Virus record (IMG/VR): IMGVR_UViG_3300003937_000247
Source: a virus
DNA: 64,000 nt
Reading direction: 5' to 3' (one strand)
The translations under genes were made by a program, and so were the position numbers. Shown here piece by piece: positions 20,084-28,943 of the stretch. Numbering within the stretch: the first letter of the stretch is position 1; every line of letters starts with the position of its first letter. Under the pieces are notes generated by a model. That model was given only the letters and a program-made list of their open reading frames with translations, did no database searches and had not been told where the DNA came from.

Positions 20084-20221
20084 ATGGAAAAATGTAAGAA
20101 CTGTAAATGTGAAGCTCATTGTCCCGAAACTTGTATGAATTGCAAGTGTAAGAAATGTGATTGTTCGGTTTGTGAGAAACCAAGACCAAATGTTAAAACA
20201 GGAGATGAAATAGTACAATAA
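20084..20221 (+). CDS. metallothionein-like Cys-rich peptide (45 aa, not in ORF track)
   Basis: MEKCKNCKCEAHCPETCMNCKCKKCDCSVCEKPRPNVKTGDEIVQ*; 10 Cys plus 1 His in the first 30 aa; TAATG overlap with nrdB. Confidence 0.7.
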   Translation: MEKCKNCKCEAHCPETCMNCKCKKCDCSVCEKPRPNVKTGDEIVQ

Positions 20222-21327
20222 TGAAAAGTGTATTTAATAAAAGTAAAAAACTAGACGCTACAAAACAACAAATGTTTTTTGGTCCTGATTTAGCAGTACA
20301 AAGATATGATACGTTTAAATATCCTGTCTTTGATAGATTGGCACAACAACAATTAGGGTTCTTTTGGAGACCAGAAGAAGTATCTTTACAAAAAGATAGA
20401 AACGATTATAATGAATTATCTGAAGCACAAAAGTTTATATTTACAAGTAATTTAAAATATCAAACAATGTTAGATAGTGTACAAGGTAGAGGACCTTGTT
20501 TAGCATTCTTACCTTTTGTTTCTTTACCAGAACTAGAAGGTTGTATAGTTGCTTGGGATTTCTTTGAAACAATCCATAGTAGAAGTTACACATATATTAT
20601 CAAAAATTTATATTCAAATCCTAGTGAAGTTTTTGATACTATAATAGAAGATGAAAAGATAGAGAAAAGATCAAAGTCAGTTACAGAAGCATATGACCAT
20701 TTGATTCATTTAGGTTATAAGTATCAATTAAATCCTAAATCAGTTAATGAATATGATTTAAAGAAAGCATTATATTTAGCAATGATAACTGTAAATGTAT
20801 TAGAAGGAATAAGATTTTATGTTTCATTTGCTTGCTCATTTGCATTTGGAGAACTTAAATTATTAGAAGGTTCAGCAAAAATTATTTCAATGATTGCTAG
20901 AGATGAGAGTCAACACCTTGCAATGTCACAACAAATTCTTAACTTATATAAAAACAAAGAGAACGATAAAGTGATGTTAAAAATAATTAAAGATACAGAA
21001 AAAGAAGTTTATAAAATTTATGATGAAGCTGTACAAGAAGAAAAACGTTGGGCGACCCATTTGTTTTCACAAGGCAGTATGATTGGATTATCAGAAAAAT
21101 TATTACACCAATATGTTGAATATATAGCAAATAGAAGAATGAGAGCAATAGGATTAGAACAAAAGTATGAGCAATCATCAGCAAATAATCCATTACCTTG
21201 GACGACACATTGGTTGAATAGTAGATCACAACAAAACGCACCACAAGAAACTGAAATAGAAAGTTATGTAATTGGTGGTGTTAAACAAGATGTTATAAAG
21301 GATCAATTTAAAAAGTTTAAACTATAA
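20221..21327 (+). CDS. nrdB: ribonucleotide reductase class Ia beta subunit
   Basis: FFWRPEEV, LDSVQGR, ETIHSRSY, LEGIRFYVSF, RDESQH, APQETEIESY. Confidence 0.97.
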   Translation: MKSVFNKSKKLDATKQQMFFGPDLAVQRYDTFKYPVFDRLAQQQLGFFWRPEEVSLQKDRNDYNELSEAQKFIFTSNLKYQTMLDSVQGRGPCLAFLPFVSLPELEGCIVAWDFFETIHSRSYTYIIKNLYSNPSEVFDTIIEDEKIEKRSKSVTEAYDHLIHLGYKYQLNPKSVNEYDLKKALYLAMITVNVLEGIRFYVSFACSFAFGELKLLEGSAKIISMIARDESQHLAMSQQILNLYKNKENDKVMLKIIKDTEKEVYKIYDEAVQEEKRWATHLFSQGSMIGLSEKLLHQYVEYIANRRMRAIGLEQKYEQSSANNPLPWTTHWLNSRSQQNAPQETEIESYVIGGVKQDVIKDQFKKFKL

Positions 21328-21647
21328 TGCCATCATACGAACCATTACCAGCAAGTTTAAGAATAGAAAAGAGTGAAATAGAAGGACAAGGTTTATTTAC
21401 TTTGATGTTTCTAAAGAAAGATACAAATTTAGGAGTATCTCATATAATTTTTAACCAAGGGCAACACAACCAATTTCCAGATGAAATCATAAGAACACCA
21501 TTAGGTGGTTTTATTAATCATAGTGAAGACCCTAACTGTACTAAAGTGAAAGAAGGCCATAAGTATTATTTAAAAACAATAAAAGATATAACTGGTGGTG
21601 AGGAATTAACCGTAAAATATAGTTTTTATAGTATAAATAAAAAATAA
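21327..21647 (+). CDS. minimal SET-domain protein
   Basis: IEGQGLF, GFINHSEDPNC, GEELTVKY. Confidence 0.85.
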   Translation: MPSYEPLPASLRIEKSEIEGQGLFTLMFLKKDTNLGVSHIIFNQGQHNQFPDEIIRTPLGGFINHSEDPNCTKVKEGHKYYLKTIKDITGGEELTVKYSFYSINKK

Positions 21648-21838
21648 TGCCAGAAGACGAATCAAAAAAAATACAAATCAGCTGTAGCAATTGTGATGTA
21701 TCTTATTGGGTAAAATGGAAGATTGAAGAAGAAGCTGAACCAGAACATTGTCCTTTTTGTGGTGCTGACGCCACAATAACAGAAGATGAGGATGCGATAT
21801 TTGATGATGAAGACGAAGACCAAGATAGTTGGAATTGA
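21647..21838 (+). CDS. small zinc-ribbon protein with acidic tail
   Basis: CSNC...CPFCG; late promoter TATAAATA at 21632-21639. Confidence 0.7.
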   Translation: MPEDESKKIQISCSNCDVSYWVKWKIEEEAEPEHCPFCGADATITEDEDAIFDDEDEDQDSWN

Positions 21839-22355
21839 TTATAGTTTAAGTAGTCCTGCAATTTGTATTTGTAAAGGACAATTTAAGTTTAAAAACTGTA
21901 AGATATATTATTTAACAAATGTGAAAAAATATGAAGGTAATTTTTATAATGGACAGATAAATGGCAGACTACATTTACCCTATACCTCCCAGACACAACG
22001 ACACGACCAAATTTCAGATTGGGCGCTTTCTATTATTGATACTGCTATTGGTAATATTTTTATAGAAGGTTACTCATTTGGAAGTAAAGGACTTGTATTC
22101 AACCTAGCAGAGAATATGGGTGCTCTCAAACATAAACTATACAAACTCAATAAACGATTTGATATGATAGTGCCAGGTAGAATTAAAAAGAACGCTACAG
22201 GCAAAGGTAATGCAGACAAACTTAAAATGTATGAGCAGTTTGTAAAAGATACTAATATTGATTTAATGAAAGAATTTGATCAGACAAAACTCAACAATCC
22301 AGTTACAGACATAGTTGACTCGTATTATATCACAAAATATGGGTCAGAATCATAG
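21786..22355 (+). CDS. RuvC-like Holliday junction resolvase/endonuclease
   Basis: VGIDYSL, IFIEGYSF, ATGKGNADK, DIVDSY; likely start 21804. Confidence 0.8.
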   Translation: MRMRYLMMKTKTKIVGIDYSLSSPAICICKGQFKFKNCKIYYLTNVKKYEGNFYNGQINGRLHLPYTSQTQRHDQISDWALSIIDTAIGNIFIEGYSFGSKGLVFNLAENMGALKHKLYKLNKRFDMIVPGRIKKNATGKGNADKLKMYEQFVKDTNIDLMKEFDQTKLNNPVTDIVDSYYITKYGSES

Positions 22356-22357
22356 AT

Positions 22358-22372
22358 GTTCTCATTTTGTTC
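22358..22372. promoter_or_regulatory. alphaproteobacterial LexA-type box
   Basis: GTTC-TCATTTT-GTTC, intergenic, upstream of an early promoter. Confidence 0.6.
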
Positions 22373-22417
22373 TTATAATTATTCCTAAAAACCTAGTAAA
22401 ATCAACGCTTTTTGTGC

Positions 22418-22446
22418 TTGACTTTCTTATGTTTTTAGTGTATTAT
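22418..22446 (+). promoter_or_regulatory. sigma70-type early promoter
   Basis: TTGACT-N17-TATTAT, preceded by AAAATCAACG.TTTT also found at ~25011. Confidence 0.8.
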
Positions 22447-22456
22447 ATACGTATAA

Positions 22457-22876
22457 ATGATAAAAAACACTATGAAAAAACAAGTTTCCAAAGAATTATT
22501 AGAACATCTTAAACAGATGAACATCAAATCCCAAAAGTGGGTTGATGAAGACCCAAAACATAGATGGTCTTCAATGATTACAGAAGACCCAAAACATTGG
22601 GCAAATTACAAAATTTACACCCTAAAAGAATTTAAACATTATATGGCTGAATCTACACATTGGGATTTATACAAATCTATCAATGGAGTAAGACCTAGAT
22701 TTATGCAATATCATTTAATGACTACAGAAGAAATTGAAGCAGAAAATGACGCTATGTTCAAAGAACAAGAAGAACAAATTGCTGCTGAAAAAAAAGAGAA
22801 AGAAGATACTATAAAAAGAGTATCACAATACGGTAATTTTACCGAAAAACAATTAGAGAAATGGAGAGTAATATAA
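22457..22876 (+). CDS. early hypothetical protein
   Basis: First ORF after the early promoter; DLYKSINGVRPR. Confidence 0.6.
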   Translation: MIKNTMKKQVSKELLEHLKQMNIKSQKWVDEDPKHRWSSMITEDPKHWANYKIYTLKEFKHYMAESTHWDLYKSINGVRPRFMQYHLMTTEEIEAENDAMFKEQEEQIAAEKKEKEDTIKRVSQYGNFTEKQLEKWRVI

Positions 22877-22877
22877 T

Positions 22878-23321
22878 ATGAGTTTAGATACAAACATACA
22901 TCCTTTTAAAGAGGATTTAGGAAAGAACCTATACAGAAAGAAAACTTACTACACCTTATGTGTAGAACAAGAAGTATTGGCAAAAAATAAAGATGACGCT
23001 GATAATAAATTTATGGACGGTGGTGGAATAAACCATTCAAACATTGGTAGAGATTTAACAGATGAAAATCAAGGTGTTGAAACCTATATGGTAGACGCCA
23101 ACTATACAGATTCAGGTGATACTGAATATGTTGCTAAAGTTTGTTATGAAGATGATGAATTTGCTAAAGAAGATGGTTTTGTAGAATTAGATACCTATGC
23201 TTTAGAAGATGACATAATCAACGAAAAGGGAGATTGTGTTGCTAAAGAAAAAGAAATTAAACCTTTAGACGATTTAAAAAAAATTGTTGATGAACACAAA
23301 CCAATTAAGGCAATATTATAA
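22878..23321 (+). CDS. early acidic hypothetical protein
   Basis: ORF in a tightly packed operon. Confidence 0.6.
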   Translation: MSLDTNIHPFKEDLGKNLYRKKTYYTLCVEQEVLAKNKDDADNKFMDGGGINHSNIGRDLTDENQGVETYMVDANYTDSGDTEYVAKVCYEDDEFAKEDGFVELDTYALEDDIINEKGDCVAKEKEIKPLDDLKKIVDEHKPIKAIL

Positions 23322-23518
23322 TGATTGAAATATTAAAATTTATAGAAGAACTAGAACTATTACATAAAATGCTTACTGTTGACAATTCAATAGATGATGA
23401 CCCAAGGAAGATTTTTACTAGAGGTAAAATTAGAGAATTGCTTGCGAAGTATAAAAAAATAGAGTCAGATTTTGACATTCATTTAAATTTAGAAAATGAA
23501 AGTAAGTTAGGAAAATAG
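23321..23518 (+). CDS. small hypothetical protein, paralog of 32318..32500
   Basis: MIEILKFIEEL. Confidence 0.6.
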   Translation: MIEILKFIEELELLHKMLTVDNSIDDDPRKIFTRGKIRELLAKYKKIESDFDIHLNLENESKLGK

Positions 23519-23612
23519 TGAAATTAGGGGGATACAATCATACACAGACAGCTCTTAAACCGTCCCAGGAGGCGGCTATGAGAGGATTATTCCACGGAAA
23601 TATGAGGAAACA

Positions 23613-24035
23613 ATGAGAAACGGATATTTTGCAGTTGTATTGAATAAAGAGAGCTGTGATGCTGTGAGGAAATATTCCACGATGGAAGATGTAAAAGGAG
23701 ACCATATTACACTTGCATATAAACCAGATGATAAAACTTATGAACAGTTAAACGGATTGGTTAATGAGGATGTTGACGCTTATATTAGTGAGATAAGATC
23801 AAATAAAAATATAGAAGCATTGTGGGTTGACGAAATGAACTTAACTAGATTTCCATCAATAAAATTAAAAAGATTTAATCCAGGCCCAGCACACGTTACA
23901 ATATCACATAAGAAAGATTTTAAATCTGGTGACGCAAATAGTATGTTTAAAGATCCAGACCACCTTGTTCCAGTAGACCATACACACGAATTGGGATATT
24001 TGAAAGGTACAGTTAAATGGATATCATATGAGTGA
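23613..24035 (+). CDS. 2H phosphoesterase-family protein
   Basis: Two HxT motifs, DHITLAY and AHVTISH, about 70 aa apart. Confidence 0.65.
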   Translation: MRNGYFAVVLNKESCDAVRKYSTMEDVKGDHITLAYKPDDKTYEQLNGLVNEDVDAYISEIRSNKNIEALWVDEMNLTRFPSIKLKRFNPGPAHVTISHKKDFKSGDANSMFKDPDHLVPVDHTHELGYLKGTVKWISYE

Positions 24036-24169
24036 AAAAATAAAAGAATTACAAAAAGAAGTTAAAGAGTTGGAAGAAGAAAAAAAGATTACCAATTCTC
24101 AAGCAAGAATTAATGATATAGATGAGAGTATCTATAATACAAATCAAAGTATTGAAGAATTGAGGAAAT

Positions 24170-24619
24170 ATGAAAGACATTGATATGAAAACAGAAGCAC
24201 CAGAATTATACATTAATGGTATGGAGACTTTACCAGATGTAATTAATATGATTAAAGATACAATGGATGAAGGTAAAACTGAATCTGCTAAAGATTACTT
24301 AAATCAATTACAAGAATATTTAGCAAAAAGAGATATCAATATTTTAGAATTACAGGAGACAGGTGAAAAAATATTACAAGGACTTGAAAAAAATACAGAA
24401 ATTTTAGACCCACAACAAACAGTAGTTGATAATTTCCACGAGTGGAATATGAAACAAATGGATAGATATGAACCTGTTATGGTACTAATGACAATTTTAG
24501 GACAAACGTTGAAGATTATGAAATCGGCAATGCCTAAACACCAATACGATTCAATTATGGACAACGTCTATGAGTCGAAGGACAGAATTGAACCGTTTAC
24601 TAAACCACAAATACATTAA
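24170..24619 (+). CDS. hypothetical protein
   Basis: ORF with GAGG RBS. Confidence 0.6.
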   Translation: MKDIDMKTEAPELYINGMETLPDVINMIKDTMDEGKTESAKDYLNQLQEYLAKRDINILELQETGEKILQGLEKNTEILDPQQTVVDNFHEWNMKQMDRYEPVMVLMTILGQTLKIMKSAMPKHQYDSIMDNVYESKDRIEPFTKPQIH

Positions 24620-24628
24620 TGGAGGAAA

Positions 24629-24835
24629 ATGAAAACTTTAATGTCAATATTAGTATTAATCTGTTTAACAGTTAGTGCTAACGCAAATCCAGTATTGAAC
24701 TGGTTTGAAACTGAAAAAAACAAAACAATTGAGTTTCAAAAGAAATCGTGGGCTGATGGCAAAGTGCAATTAGCAAACACAAAACAATCTATTATAGACC
24801 TATTTCACAAGGTAACTAATGTTACACAGGATTAG
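24629..24835 (+). CDS. small secreted hypothetical protein
   Basis: Signal peptide, GGAGG RBS. Confidence 0.6.
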   Translation: MKTLMSILVLICLTVSANANPVLNWFETEKNKTIEFQKKSWADGKVQLANTKQSIIDLFHKVTNVTQD

Positions 24836-25010
24836 TGATTTCTGTAAAAAGATTGATAGTATCAAAGCCCAGGCGGATAAGTTGTATAATTTAAAGTATA
24901 ACAACACTAAAACGCCTGGTCGGGATGCTGAGATTAACCATTTAATAGAAGATATACAATCAACGTGTAAAATCGTTGGTGCAGATAAGACACCCTATCA
25001 AAAAGGTTGA
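24819..25010 (+). CDS. hypothetical protein
   Basis: ORF with AAGG RBS. Confidence 0.55.
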   Translation: MLHRISDFCKKIDSIKAQADKLYNLKYNNTKTPGRDAEINHLIEDIQSTCKIVGADKTPYQKG

Positions 25011-25032
25011 AAAATCAACGTTTTTAGAGAGC

Positions 25033-25061
25033 TTGACAAATCTGTTATATTATGATAGAAT
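25033..25061 (+). promoter_or_regulatory. sigma70-type early promoter
   Basis: TTGACA-N17-TAGAAT with extended TG. Confidence 0.85.
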
Positions 25062-25073
25062 ATATTACATACA

Positions 25074-25493
25074 ATGAAAATAAGTGAGAAGGACGATACT
25101 ATGGTAACTAAAGAAGAAATATTTGAAGAATTTAAGATTGCAAAACAAAAAGACATTGCAAAATCAACAACAAAACCACCTTATGAGAACTGTTTTAAAA
25201 ACAGATTAAAGTTATTAAAATCTCATAGGGACGCAAAAATAACAAATCCAAAAGTGTACAGACATTTACAAGTAAATTTTGATAATCTAATACTTGCTTA
25301 TTCGTCACCTGTACCTATTGACGCATTCTATAAGACAGTATTCAATAAGACATTTACTCAATATAATGAGTCTAAAAGAGTTGAAGATATGACAGAATTA
25401 CAAAAAGAAAAAGATGAAAGACGTAGAAAAAAAGAAAAAGAAGAATTAAAGAAACAAAAAGCTGAAGATGTTAAAGAAATTACTATTAATTAG
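25074..25493 (+). CDS. hypothetical protein
   Basis: ORF after the promoter; the start may be the second Met. Confidence 0.55.
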   Translation: MKISEKDDTMVTKEEIFEEFKIAKQKDIAKSTTKPPYENCFKNRLKLLKSHRDAKITNPKVYRHLQVNFDNLILAYSSPVPIDAFYKTVFNKTFTQYNESKRVEDMTELQKEKDERRRKKEKEELKKQKAEDVKEITIN

Positions 25494-25959
25494 TTGTTTG
25501 TTGTTACTTACAAATTGTGCCAGTAAGCAGTCTTATATAGGTGCTAGCACCACCGCAGCTGTTGCTGGTACAGCGTGTTGGCAGTATATAAGTGACAATC
25601 CTGCAGTTGTGGCGACTTGTGCTGTTGTAGGTTCATTTAAAGGTGCCGATATGATGAATAGTGAAACGGATGATCAATTAATGACAAGAGCATTTGTGGA
25701 TCATTTAGACAATGCACCTAATAGTCCAGGTTTTACAACGTGGATGAATCCTAAAACAAATAGTAATGGTATAATTAAAACTACAGGTTTCTATTTAAAG
25801 GGACCTATTAAATGTTCAATGGTTGAAGTTACACATAATCAGAATTTAGATAATACAAGATTTTTTGATTCAATATTATATGGAAATCCATATAGACAAA
25901 TACAATTACACGAAGTTTGTAAAATGCCCGATGGAAGGTGGATGATGATAAATGATTAA
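25468..25959 (+). CDS. lipoprotein resembling the 17-kDa surface antigen (RT0821/Lpp0805-like)
   Basis: Lipobox LTNC, small-residue zipper, TWMNPKT..G, C...CKMPDGRW. Confidence 0.6.
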   Translation: MLKKLLLISCLLLLTNCASKQSYIGASTTAAVAGTACWQYISDNPAVVATCAVVGSFKGADMMNSETDDQLMTRAFVDHLDNAPNSPGFTTWMNPKTNSNGIIKTTGFYLKGPIKCSMVEVTHNQNLDNTRFFDSILYGNPYRQIQLHEVCKMPDGRWMMIND

Positions 25960-26413
25960 AAATATTATAATTTTTGTACTGTTATTAATTTGTGTATCAC
26001 AATGTGGTGGTAACGATACGAAAGCAAAACAAATAGAATTAAAAGCAATGGATAACTTTTTTGATAAACTATTGCAAAATGCAACACCAATACCTTTAGT
26101 AGATAAACAATGTTTGAAATATGAAGATTGTCCTAAATGGGATGGTAATCCAGATACTAAAATGTATTATGACCTAATGAAAGGTCTTAACGGCTCTGGG
26201 AAGATTGAAAAATCAGACTTCAATTGGAATGTTCATCTATATCTATGCCACCAAAATAAGTTGTTGGATAGTATAAACGGTGAAGGTGCATTTGAAAGAC
26301 TTGCAATCATTTCAGCAAAAGACGGAATGATACCTTGTCCTATAGATAACAATCCACATTGGAATTATGATTGGGAAAATCATATATTAAAAGCTAGAGC
26401 GGAGGCAGTATGA
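25952..26413 (+). CDS. putative lipoprotein
   Basis: Signal peptide ending VSQC. Confidence 0.45.
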   Translation: MIKNIIIFVLLLICVSQCGGNDTKAKQIELKAMDNFFDKLLQNATPIPLVDKQCLKYEDCPKWDGNPDTKMYYDLMKGLNGSGKIEKSDFNWNVHLYLCHQNKLLDSINGEGAFERLAIISAKDGMIPCPIDNNPHWNYDWENHILKARAEAV

Positions 26414-26835
26414 TGAATAATAATTTTAAAAGAATTGTTATGTTTACATTTACAATTATAGCACTATTATTAATATGTAATATATTATACGCTGAAGATT
26501 CATTTGAAAACACAATTAAAAAAATAAACATATTAGAAAATGGAAACAATGAAGTCACTTATGATAAAATACAACCTTTAAAAGACCAGTATTGTTTCAT
26601 AAAAGTAAAAATTACAGAAGTTGATGGTGAAATCATCAAAGAAGAAGTTGTTGAATGTGCCGATGGTAGAAAGGCGTATGATGGACCAAGTTATTGGGAG
26701 TTATTCGCTATGTTTTATTATGGTGATATGAATACACCTGCCTATTGTAGGCATTATGAACGACCTAAACACGCATACCATAAACCTGGTAAAGTATGTT
26801 TAGACAAAAATGGAAACTGGGAGGTAAAAAAATAA
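26410..26835 (+). CDS. secreted Cys-containing hypothetical protein
   Basis: Signal peptide, 4 Cys, C-terminal CLDKNGNW. Confidence 0.55.
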   Translation: MMNNNFKRIVMFTFTIIALLLICNILYAEDSFENTIKKINILENGNNEVTYDKIQPLKDQYCFIKVKITEVDGEIIKEEVVECADGRKAYDGPSYWELFAMFYYGDMNTPAYCRHYERPKHAYHKPGKVCLDKNGNWEVKK

Positions 26836-26928
26836 TGATAAAAGGTATAATAACCCTAGTAGTACTATGGATAATCATAGCTTTTACTTGGGATCCATTT
26901 GTATCAACAGTTGAGAAAACACAGGCTG

Positions 26929-26957
26929 TTGACAAAACTAAGGAATTAGTGTATAAT
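26929..26957 (+). promoter_or_regulatory. consensus sigma70 promoter inside the upstream small gene
   Basis: TTGACA-N17-TATAAT. Confidence 0.8.
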
Positions 26958-26988
26958 GTGTTTAATAAAGCGAAGGAGAAAGTGAAAA

Positions 26989-27597
26989 ATGAGTAAAGTA
27001 CTCAAATATATAATAATTGGTTTATTAAGTGTCACGCTTGCAAATTGTTCAAGCAATACTTATAAAATCAAAAAAGAAAGCAAGAATCAGGTACTAAAAG
27101 TTCCTTCTTGGTATATGAAAGACTATTCCGAGAATAAAGAATGTGGTACTAAAATGTTCGGCAAAAAGAAAGACAAAAAATGTGTCTTCGGTGTCGGAAC
27201 TTCTACATCACCTGACCTAGAATTGGCAATTGACAAGGCGACAATGATCGCTAAGGCTGAAGTTGCTGATAAGATAAAAGGGGAGATGAATAAGAAGGCA
27301 AAGATTTTTACTACCGAGTTAGGTAAATCTCAAACCAAAACTGTTGTAACAGATGTTGAAACAACTATAGTAAACATTATTAAGAATACACCAGTACGTG
27401 GTTATGAAGTATTTAAGCAAGAGGTAACTTTAACGAAAAATGGTTACTACCGTGCTTGGATAGGATTAAGATTGCCTATGGGACCATACAACAAGATGTA
27501 CAATTATTCTTTAGAAGAAATAGTTGACGCTTACAAGTTAAAAGAACTTGCTGAAAAATCGTATGATGAAGTAGAGATAATTGCTAATGAGCAGTAA
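26989..27597 (+). CDS. LPP20-like lipoprotein
   Basis: Lipobox LANC; VPSWY, GVGTSTSPDLELAIDKATMIAKAEVA. Confidence 0.6.
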   Translation: MSKVLKYIIIGLLSVTLANCSSNTYKIKKESKNQVLKVPSWYMKDYSENKECGTKMFGKKKDKKCVFGVGTSTSPDLELAIDKATMIAKAEVADKIKGEMNKKAKIFTTELGKSQTKTVVTDVETTIVNIIKNTPVRGYEVFKQEVTLTKNGYYRAWIGLRLPMGPYNKMYNYSLEEIVDAYKLKELAEKSYDEVEIIANEQ

Positions 27598-27856
27598 AAT
27601 CCAAATATACTCAAAGCCTAATTGTACTTATTGTACAAAATCAAAACACTTGATGAAAACGTTAGGCTTTGAATACGAAGAACATATGTTTGGGAAAGAT
27701 TTTACTACACCTGAACAGTTATTTGAGGCAATAGGTAAACAAGTACGAACTATGCCTCAAATTGTTATAGAAGATAAACATATCGGCGGCTATAACGAAT
27801 TAATAGAGTATTTTGCCGATAAGAAGTTAGTAAATTACAAAGGTGAAAAAATATAA
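27587..27856 (+). CDS. glutaredoxin (T4 NrdC-like)
   Basis: CTYC, RTMPQI, HIGGY. Confidence 0.9.
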   Translation: MSSKIQIYSKPNCTYCTKSKHLMKTLGFEYEEHMFGKDFTTPEQLFEAIGKQVRTMPQIVIEDKHIGGYNELIEYFADKKLVNYKGEKI

Positions 27857-28268
27857 TATGAGTGATGATGGACAATTAGAATTTGATTTTGGGTTAGAAT
27901 CTAAAATACCCGATAATGTAATATTATTTCCTAAAATACCTTTACGAAGACCTAATTGGGCACAACAAAAATTAGACGCTAAAAAACAAGATATGTTGAG
28001 AAGACAACACAATCAGGTTTACGTACAGGCCATTACAGAACAATTAACTGAACAGATGTTATTAAGATTAAGAGAAGAAAACATTAACATAACAACAAAA
28101 GAATTTTTAAGTGACTATAAGTTGTCACTAGAGGCGCTTAAGTCTATGTTGCTTAGGGCAGTACATATGAAACACCCATTACAACAACGTGTAGATAGGG
28201 CGGTCAAATGTAAACAAGGAGAAGGTAAGGACGTATATGCCATTACCATTGACTATAACAAATTTTAA
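27843..28268 (+). CDS. hypothetical protein
   Basis: DNVILFPK ... HPLQ pattern seen in T4-like phages. Confidence 0.55.
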   Translation: MKKYNMSDDGQLEFDFGLESKIPDNVILFPKIPLRRPNWAQQKLDAKKQDMLRRQHNQVYVQAITEQLTEQMLLRLREENINITTKEFLSDYKLSLEALKSMLLRAVHMKHPLQQRVDRAVKCKQGEGKDVYAITIDYNKF

Positions 28269-28505
28269 ATTAGATAACAATATGCGTAACATTTATATAA
28301 TTGCAAATATATTAATCTGTCTGGCTGAACATAGTTTAAGAGGACTAAACGCATGGACAAGGAGGGTTATGGGCGAATGCCTGAAGACACCTTGGGCAGT
28401 TTTGAGTAGGGACCTATCTTGCAATAGATGGACTCTTCCTGGAAGATTGTGGGTGAGTTCCAACAAATCCCACGACAGACACATATTGTTATCTAATTTA
28501 AAATT
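28261..28505 (+). ncRNA. candidate structured non-coding RNA enclosed by a 24-bp perfect inverted repeat
   Basis: IR 28261-28284 / 28482-28505; GC-rich core with several nested stems. Confidence 0.6.
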
Positions 28506-28599
28506 ACAGAATTCCATAAAGCACTTTGGGATAATTGCTAGTACTGGCAAAGTTAGCAATTCTAATTATAATGCCACAATAGAAAAGGAGATTTAAACA

Positions 28600-28932
28600 A
28601 TGTTTAAATTTTTATTTAAAAACGACTCATTAAGAGTTGTATCAAAATCTAAAAGAAAATCTACTAGAGGTAGAAAAACTTTATCAAAAAGAGTTAAAGT
28701 TTTAAATCTTTTAAACAAAGGCGAATCTGTTACTTGGAAGACTTTAAGAAGCAGATTTGATCTAGTGTCTCCAAGAGCACTAGTTGACACATTGAGATCA
28801 GAAGGTAATATGATCTATGTTAACAAATCAGCAAAAGGAACATCTTATAGAATAGGTGAACCTACAAAAGCGATAATCGCTGCTGGGATCAAAAAATTAT
28901 ATGGTACTCCGTACGCATATAAAACTGCCTAA
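28600..28932 (+). CDS. basic winged-HTH-like hypothetical protein
   Basis: VLNLL..GESVTWKTLRSRFDL.SPRA.VD.LR.EG.MIY pattern. Confidence 0.55.
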   Translation: MFKFLFKNDSLRVVSKSKRKSTRGRKTLSKRVKVLNLLNKGESVTWKTLRSRFDLVSPRALVDTLRSEGNMIYVNKSAKGTSYRIGEPTKAIIAAGIKKLYGTPYAYKTA

Positions 28933-28943
28933 TACTCATTGAG

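Noticed and set aside
17579-21327. Introns, inteins or homing endonucleases in nrdA/nrdB
   Set aside because: Both ORFs are uninterrupted and of normal length; the intergenic ORFs carry no HNH, GIY-YIG or LAGLIDADG motifs.
23518-23616. GC-rich hairpin (CTCTTA-CCGTC...GGCGG-TGAGAG) as an ncRNA
   Set aside because: It is a single stem, and the interval also reads as a 32-codon GTG-start ORF coupled to both neighbours; the two readings cannot be distinguished.
28237-28596. ORFs 28237..28596 (+) and 28293..28559 (-)
   Set aside because: No RBS and atypical composition; they overlie the inverted-repeat structured RNA candidate.
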